This document shows positions 8,613-16,075 of a stretch of DNA of 32,000 nucleotides, piece after piece; position 1 is the stretch's first letter; each line of letters opens with the position of its first letter. Source of the stretch: Candidatus Altimarinota bacterium. GTDB lineage: Bacteria; Patescibacteriota; Gracilibacteria; UBA1369. Position numbers and translations under genes: made by a program. Under the pieces are notes generated by a model. That model saw only the letters and a list, made by a program, of their open reading frames with translations. It did not search any database and was not told the origin of the DNA. The DNA is taken from contig JBAZYK010000001.1 of the NCBI GenBank assembly GCA_041659405.1, positions 180,001-212,000 on the forward strand, given 5' to 3'.

Positions 8613-9668
8613 ATGCAGATAAAACCTCTCACAAAGCGGCAAAGGGCTATCATCACCATTATTCAAAGGCTTGATCACGCCCAAACTAAGAATATTACCC
8701 AAGAAATTCAAGTCCATTTTGATCAGGCGACGCGCATTACGATCATAAGGGATTTAAATTCACTTGTTCGTCAAAAACTGATCCAAAAGCATGGAGAGGG
8801 CAGGGGTGTCTGGTACCAGTCTTTAACTCCGGACTTGTTAACTCCGTTTGACCCCGAGGAATATTTCAAAATTGAGCCCGATCGTAGAATTATCAAGAAA
8901 GATACTGCAAATTTTGCTGATTATAAAAACTGGGCGAAAATTTTCGATGATGGAGAATTAGTCCAACTGGCCAAGTTAACTGGAAAATATTTAGCCCATT
9001 TCAAATCCTATAAGGACAATAAACTTGCCCGTGAACTGGAGAGAATCATGATTGAGTTTTCATGGAAATCATCTCATATTGAGGGAAATACCTATTCGTT
9101 GCTGGATACGGAACAGCTTATCAAATCCACAATTGAAGCCAAAGACCATCCTCATGAAGAAGCCGTAATGATTTTAAACCACAAAACCGCGTTAGATTAT
9201 ATTTGGAAAAATTCTGCAGATTTTAAAACTATTAATTTGCGCAAAATTGAAGAAATTCACTCTTTGGTTGTTAAAAATATGGGTGTAAAAACGGGGTTGC
9301 GTCATGGACCGGTAGGTATTATTGGCACAACGTATAGGCCGTTTGATAATATTTACCAGATTCGGGAAGCAATAGAACAATTATGTGGGCTTATTAACAG
9401 GCAAAAAAATCCTTTCATCAAAGCTTTCATTGTAACGGTTGGACTTGCATATATTCAACCCTTTGAAGACGGAAATAAAAGGACTTCTCGCCTTATTGGT
9501 AATGCTATTTTACTGGCATTCCACTGCTGTCCGTTATCGTATCGCAGTATTAATGAAATTGAATATAAAAAAGCTATCATACTTTTTTACGAACAACATA
9601 GCCTGGTTCTATTAAAAAAGCTCTTTGTGGAACAGTATGAATTTGCTGTGAATAATTATTTTTTGTAA
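8613..9668 (+). CDS. Fic-domain protein with N-terminal winged-HTH-like region; degenerate Fic motif QPFEDGNKR
   Basis: N-terminus LTKRQRAIITIIQRL...TRITIIRDLNSLVRQKLIQKHG; inhibitory-type motif SSHIEGN; Fic motif reads YIQPFEDGNKRTSRLIGN. Confidence 0.9.
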   Translation: MQIKPLTKRQRAIITIIQRLDHAQTKNITQEIQVHFDQATRITIIRDLNSLVRQKLIQKHGEGRGVWYQSLTPDLLTPFDPEEYFKIEPDRRIIKKDTANFADYKNWAKIFDDGELVQLAKLTGKYLAHFKSYKDNKLARELERIMIEFSWKSSHIEGNTYSLLDTEQLIKSTIEAKDHPHEEAVMILNHKTALDYIWKNSADFKTINLRKIEEIHSLVVKNMGVKTGLRHGPVGIIGTTYRPFDNIYQIREAIEQLCGLINRQKNPFIKAFIVTVGLAYIQPFEDGNKRTSRLIGNAILLAFHCCPLSYRSINEIEYKKAIILFYEQHSLVLLKKLFVEQYEFAVNNYFL

Positions 9669-9711
9669 GGATGTGCAATTTGAAATTCTGAATATATGGA
9701 AAATACCCAAA

Positions 9712-10548
9712 CTACAATAAACTTCCGTACAAAGGGGAAAACAGGCAATCTTTTGGATCGATGAGTAAATCTTTTGGGTTAATTTTCGCGTCGGTAAAGG
9801 TTACCGGGGCGTTACTGATAATCGTAAACGGAGTGCATTCATCGGCTTCGCCCATCACCAGGTGCGCCGCAGTGGCCAGGTTATCGGCAACTGCCTGTTG
9901 GGTAACTTTTAATTTGTTGTTATAAAGGTCCTTGTGTCCACGCAAATCGTTTACGCCTTTAAAGCCGGCGTATCCAAGGGCAATACCGCTAACTCCTCTG
10001 CGCAGTGGTCGGCAGGTGGAATCACTGATTATAATGCCGAGTTTTTTAAGCTTGTAGATTTTTTTGAGTTCTTTTTGAAGCTGAGCTGCAACTTTGAAAG
10101 AATCTTTTGGCCAAAGCACGGCAAAGCCCTTTTCTGTATTTGATCTATCTATCCCCGCCCATGGGATGAGGATGCCGTTTTTTAATGTGAGTGGCACTTC
10201 GTCAATTATTGCCTGCTGGAAGAATTCCCTCCCCGGGGAGGAATTTGCTGAACTTTTGTTCGCATAAGCCGCATGAATGGAAGTTTGCGGTGATCGTGTC
10301 GAGCTTATTATTTGGTCTGCTTCGCTTGCCACCAACCTGTCAAATTCTTGCGGATTATTTATTTTCACAACTTGCCCTTGAGTCACCGCTACTACTTTTG
10401 ATGAAATTACCAAAATGTCACCATTACAAAGGCGGCCCTGATTTAATTTGGATTTACTCTTTCTTAGTGACTTTATTATCACCTCTAAAAGATCATCTTT
10501 GGGTGTAATTATCTTCGACTTTACCGCTTCTATTTCTAGTTTATTCAT
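9712..10548 (-). CDS. Coenzyme F420-0:L-glutamate ligase-like (CofE-like) protein
   Basis: GDILVISSKVVAVTQGQVV, IIISDSTCRPLRRGVSGIALGYAGFKGVNDLRG, ATAAHLVMGEADECTPFTIISNAPVTF. Confidence 0.82.
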   Translation of the reverse strand: MNKLEIEAVKSKIITPKDDLLEVIIKSLRKSKSKLNQGRLCNGDILVISSKVVAVTQGQVVKINNPQEFDRLVASEADQIISSTRSPQTSIHAAYANKSSANSSPGREFFQQAIIDEVPLTLKNGILIPWAGIDRSNTEKGFAVLWPKDSFKVAAQLQKELKKIYKLKKLGIIISDSTCRPLRRGVSGIALGYAGFKGVNDLRGHKDLYNNKLKVTQQAVADNLATAAHLVMGEADECTPFTIISNAPVTFTDAKINPKDLLIDPKDCLFSPLYGSLL

Positions 10549-10613
10549 ATTTTTGCATTTATCCTTGTAATATTGTTTTATAATAATCCATTACACTCGT
10601 CCATTACACTCTA

Positions 10614-10642
10614 TTGACTTGGTTATTTCAATTTGCTACAAT
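10614..10642 (+). promoter_or_regulatory. Strong sigma70-like promoter TTGACT-17-TACAAT
   Basis: TTGACT 10614-10619, 17-nt spacer, TACAAT 10637-10642; preceded by tandem CCATTACACTC at 10588-10598 and 10601-10611. Confidence 0.7.
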
Positions 10643-10649
10643 GATCTGA

Positions 10650-11158
10650 ACATTAAGAATAAGTATAGATGATGTCCGAGTCGAATCTGGTTTTGGACAA
10701 AATCCCAACTAGACTTAAAAAGTTCATTCCGCTCTTTCACAATCAGCATAACACACCCGCAGAAAACGTTGAATGGTTAACTGCCAACGCTACCCCCGAA
10801 TCTTTTTTCGGAAAAACAAAAACAAAACGCCCTAGAAAAGCACTCAAAATAAGCGCTTTTAACCCTTCTACGTTCTCTGCTCTGTGATGGCCCTCACTGA
10901 CCAACCGGGCCGACCCTACCGCTGCCCTGGTGATTTCTGTTCATCTAACGGTGCTTAAATCACGCCAACAGGCGGTCCCTGGCCGGACTGTAAACTTTAG
11001 CCGAAGCAAGGCAGAACACATGAACTTTCTGGTCAATTGTTTCAAAACAAAAATAAATTCCACCAAAACAAAAATATTCTCAGCCGTGACTTATTTTCTT
11101 ATCTCTACGGCCGATAGGATACCGGAATTTTCCCCCCGCCCTTAAAAGCGGGGTTTTT
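10650..11158 (+). ncRNA. Candidate structured transcript of unknown family; may also encode a 72-aa ORF (10669-10887) at its 5' end
   Basis: Bounded by a consensus promoter and an intrinsic terminator; GC-rich core 10881-11015 with several inverted repeats; no recognised protein homology. Confidence 0.4.
11134..11158 (+). terminator. Rho-independent terminator
   Basis: CCCCGC (11134-11139), 8-nt loop, GCGGGG (11148-11153), then TTTTT. Confidence 0.85.
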
Positions 11159-11239
11159 ATTTGTGTACGGCATGTTCAAAACGTGGATACATCAAAAAAA
11201 ATGCCGAAACCAATTTGGATCCGATAAAACTGTAATTAA

Positions 11240-12379
11240 CTAAATAGAATCTTGAGCGATCTGCTCCGGTAATGGCAAGATAGTAGATGATACCTCTTTA
11301 GCCTGTGGCTGAATTTCAGGAACAATAACCGGCGCTACAGAAGGGCTTGCGCTGCTTGCCTGTAAATTAACGGTTTGAACTTCCGGCACCGCTATGGCTG
11401 ATATTGGAGCGGCTGTTTTTTCTTCAACCTTGGCCAAAATCTTTTCCTGTGCTTGAACCAATTTTTCTTCCTGCTTGATAGCTGCGGTCAGGTTGTTATC
11501 CAAAATAATATTTTGCGTTGGATATGGCCATGACCAGCCACGAGCATAAAAGTCTTTATGGAGCTGCTTAATAAGGTCGCTTTGAGGGGTCAAAATGCCT
11601 TTTTTGGAATCGACCCAACATCTGATTCTAAGAGTATTGTGGGAATTACCCGGAGGCAAAACCACAACACTTGGCTTAGGCTCCAGCAAAATCTTATTTA
11701 CTTTCTTGATTGAAGTCTTGATTAAATCAATAACTTCATGCAGGTCATAATCAAGATGAACCGAAAGCTCAAATTGAAATCTGCGCAATGGCGCATAGGT
11801 CATTGATGTAACCTGTTTACTAAAGAGATCGGCATTTGGAATGATAACTCTGGTGCCATCAAAATTTTTGACTACCGTGTAGCGGGATTGGATTTTTTCA
11901 ATGATGCCCATGGTTCCGCCAATTTTAATCCAATCACCAATGGTAAATTGTTTTTGCAAAAGGATCACAATTCCGGCAAAGAAGTTCATCAAGAAATCTC
12001 GCATGGCAAAGCCAATACCAAAGGCAGCCGCTGCAACAACACCGGTTAAATCAATTCCGGCAATTTTCAAGCCAATAGTAATACCAATGCCTAAAACTCC
12101 GGCATAAACGGAACGCGCAATAACGATTTGCACCTCCTGATGGCTTTCTTCAAGGCCCTGTTCGGTCATTTTGTTTTCGACCAGATTTTTTACCAGTTTG
12201 GCAACAATGAATGAAGCCAAAACAACGATAATACCGGTAATCCAAAGCGGAATTGCTTTGAAAAAGCTATCAAATAAACTCTGAAAATTATTGGCTGTAT
12301 CGGTAGCAAGATTGGTGGTCTTGTCTGCAGTTTGAGCCAACGCTCTGGAAATGCCGAAAATGTTTTGTGAAAAGTTCAT
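11240..12379 (-). CDS. Small-conductance mechanosensitive channel, MscS family (copy 2)
   Basis: GIDLTGVVAAAAFGIGFAMRDFLMNFFAGIVILLQKQFTIGDWIKIGGTMGIIEKIQSRYTVVKNFDGTRVIIPNADLF; MNFSQN at 12379 is the likely start. Confidence 0.9.
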   Translation of the reverse strand: MNFSQNIFGISRALAQTADKTTNLATDTANNFQSLFDSFFKAIPLWITGIIVVLASFIVAKLVKNLVENKMTEQGLEESHQEVQIVIARSVYAGVLGIGITIGLKIAGIDLTGVVAAAAFGIGFAMRDFLMNFFAGIVILLQKQFTIGDWIKIGGTMGIIEKIQSRYTVVKNFDGTRVIIPNADLFSKQVTSMTYAPLRRFQFELSVHLDYDLHEVIDLIKTSIKKVNKILLEPKPSVVVLPPGNSHNTLRIRCWVDSKKGILTPQSDLIKQLHKDFYARGWSWPYPTQNIILDNNLTAAIKQEEKLVQAQEKILAKVEEKTAAPISAIAVPEVQTVNLQASSASPSVAPVIVPEIQPQAKEVSSTILPLPEQIAQDSI

Positions 12380-12380
12380 A

Positions 12381-13538
12381 TTAATTTGAGGTAGGGGCCG
12401 GGGCAGCATCTTCCGATCCGTTTTGAGTTTTTAAAAAGGCTCCGCCGCTTTGGTCAGCCGTTACTGTTGGCTGCACAACCGCTTCATTCTGTAAAAGCTT
12501 TTCACGATTTTTGGCTAACTGCTCTTCTTCTTTCATTCGTTCATTGATCATTTGGGAAAATTCATTTGGATCCATGGCTTTGCTTTTTAGCGCAACGGAT
12601 TCCAAATCTTTTTCAAAACTGAGTGAAGTAACAGCATACGGAGCATCAAATCCGGCATCTTCCAATTTGTTCTGAATACCGATAAAAATTTTGGATTCAA
12701 TGCGGCGCCATAAACTCTTGGAATCAACCCAAAAGCGGACCTCTAAAACAATGTAACTTTCATCCAAATCGGTAATTACAACATTTGCTTTTGGTTCCAA
12801 AAAAATGCGGGCATCTTGCTTAACTTCATTTAAACAAATTTTGATCACGTCCTGAACACTTACGCCATAACGACAATAAACCGGCACTTTTAAACGGCGC
12901 ATCGGATTGCTGGTATAACTTAAAACCTGGCTTTTATAAAGCTCGGCATTTGGCACAATCAAGCGTAATCCATCATAAGTTGTAAGATAAGTGGCACGAG
13001 TGCGAATTTCAACAACTTTGCCCTTGGTTCCATTTACTTTGATCCAATCGCCAATCGTAAAAGGGCGTGAAGCCAAAATGGCAAGTCCGGCCACAAAATT
13101 GGATATTGTATCCTGTAATCCAAAAGAAATTCCAAATCCAACTGCTGCCAATAATGTTGTGATGTTGATGCCGGCAATGGCGAGAGAAATGGTTGTTCCA
13201 ATCACCGCGACTCCAACAAAGGCGACTCTTCCGGCAATAATCATAACCTCCTGATGCTCATTTTCCACCTTGGCCGCAAGGCGACTTTCGACTATGTTTT
13301 TGACCATAAGGCCTATCCCGAGAGATACAACAAAGATAACAATTGCCGTAATCCACAAAGGCAAACTTTGCAGTACAAAAGCCAAAATATTCCAGGATGA
13401 GCCTGTGTCTTTTGATGTAGCGGTTGAGCCCACTTGAGCAAAAGCCGCCGGAATACCTAAGGCATTTATCAGCACAAAAAGAAGCATGCTGAATTTAAGT
13501 GTTTTTTTCATTAATTTGTTTTGGGTGTTTTTTGTCAT
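12381..13538 (-). CDS. Small-conductance mechanosensitive channel, MscS family (copy 1)
   Basis: INITTLLAAVGFGISFGLQDTISNFVAGLAILASRPFTIGDWIKVNGTKGKVVEIRTRATYLTTYDGLRLIVPNAELY. Confidence 0.9.
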   Translation of the reverse strand: MTKNTQNKLMKKTLKFSMLLFVLINALGIPAAFAQVGSTATSKDTGSSWNILAFVLQSLPLWITAIVIFVVSLGIGLMVKNIVESRLAAKVENEHQEVMIIAGRVAFVGVAVIGTTISLAIAGINITTLLAAVGFGISFGLQDTISNFVAGLAILASRPFTIGDWIKVNGTKGKVVEIRTRATYLTTYDGLRLIVPNAELYKSQVLSYTSNPMRRLKVPVYCRYGVSVQDVIKICLNEVKQDARIFLEPKANVVITDLDESYIVLEVRFWVDSKSLWRRIESKIFIGIQNKLEDAGFDAPYAVTSLSFEKDLESVALKSKAMDPNEFSQMINERMKEEEQLAKNREKLLQNEAVVQPTVTADQSGGAFLKTQNGSEDAAPAPTSN

Positions 13539-13562
13539 GTTTTTGTTTTAATTTTTCTCTAC

Positions 13563-13591
13563 ATTATACCAAAAAAAGCGGTTTTGTTCAA
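13563..13591 (-). promoter_or_regulatory. Sigma70-like promoter TTGAAC-17-TATAAT for the MscS pair
   Basis: Minus strand TTGAACAAAACCGCTTTTTTTGGTATAAT, about 25 nt upstream of the 13538 start. Confidence 0.6.
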
Positions 13592-13668
13592 TGGGGAAAG
13601 AGCCGCTTTGCTTTTTAGTCCAAAAGGCATAGAATTCAGCCAAATCTCATTTTTTAATTTCTAAATAT

Positions 13669-14442
13669 ATGGAAATTTTAGGATACCCGGTCTTTGTTAT
13701 AGTTGCAGTGCTGCTTTTATCCAGCATTCGCCAAATTGACCAGTATGAACGCGGGGTAATGTTTCTGTTGGGGAAATTTCATGGAATAAAAGAACCGGGT
13801 TGGAGACTGGTGATTCCCGTTTTTCAATCAATGAGAAAAGTGGATATTCGCACCAAAACAGTTGATGTTCCGGAGCAGGAAACTATCACCAAAGATAACA
13901 TTCCAATTCGTATGAATGCGGTTATTTATTATAAAATTGTGGATGCGGCGAAATCCATTTTGGAAGTGGAAAATTTTTATTATGCCGTTTCGCAATTGGC
14001 GCAAGTGGCTATGCGCAATGTGGTTGGGCAGGTTACGCTTGATGAACTTTTAAAAAACCGTGAAGATATTTCCAAACGCATTGAAGAGCATGTAGATCAG
14101 GCAACCGCTCCATGGGGTATTGATGTTGCCAGTGTGGAATTAAAAGATATTTCTTTACCTGATAATTTGAAACGAGTGTTAGCCAAAGAAGCTGAAGCAG
14201 AACGCGAAAAACGAGCGGTGATTATCCAAGCGGCAGGTGAAGTTGCGGCTGCGGAAAATATTGCAAAGGCTGCAAAAATGCTATCAGATTCACCCGGAGC
14301 ATTACACCTTAGAACTTTGCAATCTATCAACGATATGTCTTCAGATGCTTCAAATACAACGGTTTGGATGGTTCCGGTAGAGGTTTTAAAGGCAGTTGAA
14401 GGACTTGGTAAAATGTTTGATAAAATGAATCAGCAAAAATAA
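13669..14442 (+). CDS. Slipin / stomatin-like SPFH (band 7) protein
   Basis: QYERGVMFLLGKFHGIKEPGWRLVIPVFQ...DIRTKTVDVPEQETITKDNIPIRMNAVIYYKI...LKRVLAKEAEAEREKRAVIIQAAGE. Confidence 0.93.
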   Translation: MEILGYPVFVIVAVLLLSSIRQIDQYERGVMFLLGKFHGIKEPGWRLVIPVFQSMRKVDIRTKTVDVPEQETITKDNIPIRMNAVIYYKIVDAAKSILEVENFYYAVSQLAQVAMRNVVGQVTLDELLKNREDISKRIEEHVDQATAPWGIDVASVELKDISLPDNLKRVLAKEAEAEREKRAVIIQAAGEVAAAENIAKAAKMLSDSPGALHLRTLQSINDMSSDASNTTVWMVPVEVLKAVEGLGKMFDKMNQQK

Positions 14443-14460
14443 TTAACGTTTATGCAAAAG

Positions 14461-14488
14461 AAGAGCTCTTGAATTAGGGCTCTTTTTT
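14461..14488. terminator. Probable bidirectional intrinsic terminator between convergent genes
   Basis: AAGAGC...GCTCTTTTTT between the slipin and the minus-strand 14502 gene. Confidence 0.6.
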
Positions 14489-14501
14489 ATGTCCCTGTTT
14501 T

Positions 14502-15359
14502 CTACTGTTTTAAAAATGTTCCGCCTTCCACGTCTTCTCTGACCGGTTCTTCTTCCGTGTCATCCGGAATACCATAATCTGCGCCGTAGCTTGTGGCTGT
14601 AGCCAAAAAGTCGATGCCGTAATTTTGATATAACCAGAAATAAAACATAGAAAGAGCGCCTTGGCTGAAGCCAATCATGGTCCAAATTACCGGAAGTGAA
14701 GCAAAAAGTAGAATTGTAGCTCCGGCCGGGCCGCTCAAAGAATAAAGGAAAAAGCTAAAAGCTGTTGCCACCAATACACCCAAAATGGTGGTGTAAACGG
14801 AAAGCAATGTATAGCGAGAATCGTGGATTAGTTCAAAAATAAGAGCACTGGCGGTGGCACTTAAAATAATCTGCAAACCTGCCGCATAAGCCGTTAATTC
14901 CAAATGAGTCGTGGATGTTGTCAGATAAATCGGCATTACAAAGGCAAAAATCACCAAATTCATAATGAAAATTTGGGATAAAGCCGTAGCGACGCGGGTA
15001 TAACGATCACGCTCGGAATAAGACATTAAAAATGGCCCAACCATGCTGGAAATCATCGAAGTCGAGAAAATCATTGCCATTAAGACAAAGATAAATAATG
15101 GGCTTACTTCATTGGCAACGGCTTCCGCAGGAGAAAGCACCGGTTGCAAAATCGAGGAAGTTAAAAGAAAAATCAGCAAAAGCACCAAAGTTCCCGCAAC
15201 TCCTCCGGCAAGTCCGGAAAAAGTTTTAATAACCATTGTTAAAAAGGTGATGCGGCGTGGTCCGAATTCAGGATTTACAGCCTGTGCTGCATCAACCGAA
15301 GCGGCTGTCTGGATGCCATTTTCTTGATTTACCGTTGTTTGGTTTTGTGGTGTTTCCAT
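14502..15359 (-). CDS. Polytopic membrane protein of unknown function
   Basis: About six hydrophobic segments, acidic C-terminus DDTEEEPVREDVEGG; no family recognised. Confidence 0.65.
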   Translation of the reverse strand: METPQNQTTVNQENGIQTAASVDAAQAVNPEFGPRRITFLTMVIKTFSGLAGGVAGTLVLLLIFLLTSSILQPVLSPAEAVANEVSPLFIFVLMAMIFSTSMISSMVGPFLMSYSERDRYTRVATALSQIFIMNLVIFAFVMPIYLTTSTTHLELTAYAAGLQIILSATASALIFELIHDSRYTLLSVYTTILGVLVATAFSFFLYSLSGPAGATILLFASLPVIWTMIGFSQGALSMFYFWLYQNYGIDFLATATSYGADYGIPDDTEEEPVREDVEGGTFLKQ

Positions 15360-15424
15360 AGTTGATTTTTATTTGGTATCGCTACGCGATGTTTTATTTG
15401 TGCCCCGCCATGGCGGGACTGAGC

Positions 15425-15982
15425 TCACTTTGTTTGCTCAACTCTCTTTATTCTATCATAAAAAACCAAAATTAGGAAGATGCTTATGGTTAAAAGGCTA
15501 TCGGCAAGATTAAAAACAGGAAAAGAGCCCACCGAAATATAATCAATCACATATCCTCTAAAAAGGCGGTCGATAATATTTCCGAATGCTCCGGCCATAA
15601 TCATACTCATGATTATTTGGGCTTTAGGAAGCCGTAAATTAAAGTAATTCGCAATAAAAAAAGGTAGAATTACAATTAAAACCAAGTTTAAAATGATTAA
15701 AATCGTGTATGGCAGTGGGATACTCCAGGCAATACCCGTATTTTGCTCATAGCGCAGAGAAATCCCTGGCAGCAAAAAAAACGGTTTCTGCCAATACATT
15801 TGGGCGGTCCATTTCAAGAATTGGTCCAATATGACCAAAAATCCGCCGGAGACACCTATTTTTAGCAAGATTTTCCCGCCATGCACGAAGTTCTTATTTC
15901 TACCGTAAGCGGAGCGAGCTCCATGGATTTCTTTAAGATTGAACATTCTTAACATTTTCAATAATCTATTATCATTCTGCAT
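15425..15982 (-). CDS. lspA: Lipoprotein signal peptidase (signal peptidase II)
   Basis: LDQFLKW, NTGIAWSIP, GAFGNIIDRLFRGYVIDYI and FPVFNLADS, including the two catalytic-Asp regions. Confidence 0.9.
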   Translation of the reverse strand: MQNDNRLLKMLRMFNLKEIHGARSAYGRNKNFVHGGKILLKIGVSGGFLVILDQFLKWTAQMYWQKPFFLLPGISLRYEQNTGIAWSIPLPYTILIILNLVLIVILPFFIANYFNLRLPKAQIIMSMIMAGAFGNIIDRLFRGYVIDYISVGSFPVFNLADSLLTISIFLILVFYDRIKRVEQTK

Positions 15983-16075
15983 GAAGGACTTAATTTAGTC
16001 CATGGATCTGTGAAAAATCGCCGGTCCATTATCTTGTTTTTAAAGCCTGAATTTGTTAGTATCCATGGGTATTTA

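Noticed and set aside
5409-9668. A multi-gene defence island around the ATPase, TA and Fic genes
   Set aside because: They are separated by metabolic genes (purN, sdaAA/AB) and no nuclease, helicase, integrase or CRISPR elements were seen; treated as independent loci.
10985-11020. Resemblance of GTAAACTTTAGCCGAAGCAAGGCAGAACA to the RNase P RNA segment GGTAAACTCCACCCGGAGCAAGGCCAAATA
   Set aside because: The two ends of the P4 helix (GAAAGTCCGGGC-like and CCCGGCTTA-like) are not visible at the expected positions, so rnpB is not called; a cmscan search would settle it.
10930-11145. 71-aa ORF starting at GTG in the structured region
   Set aside because: It crosses predicted RNA helices and the G-free linker and has no recognised protein features; probably fortuitous.
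10650-11158. tmRNA (ssrA)
   Set aside because: No 5' GGRGC...GGATTCGAC and no 3' GGTTCGAATCC...CCA pairing; the ORF end FNPSTFSAL is not a typical tag.
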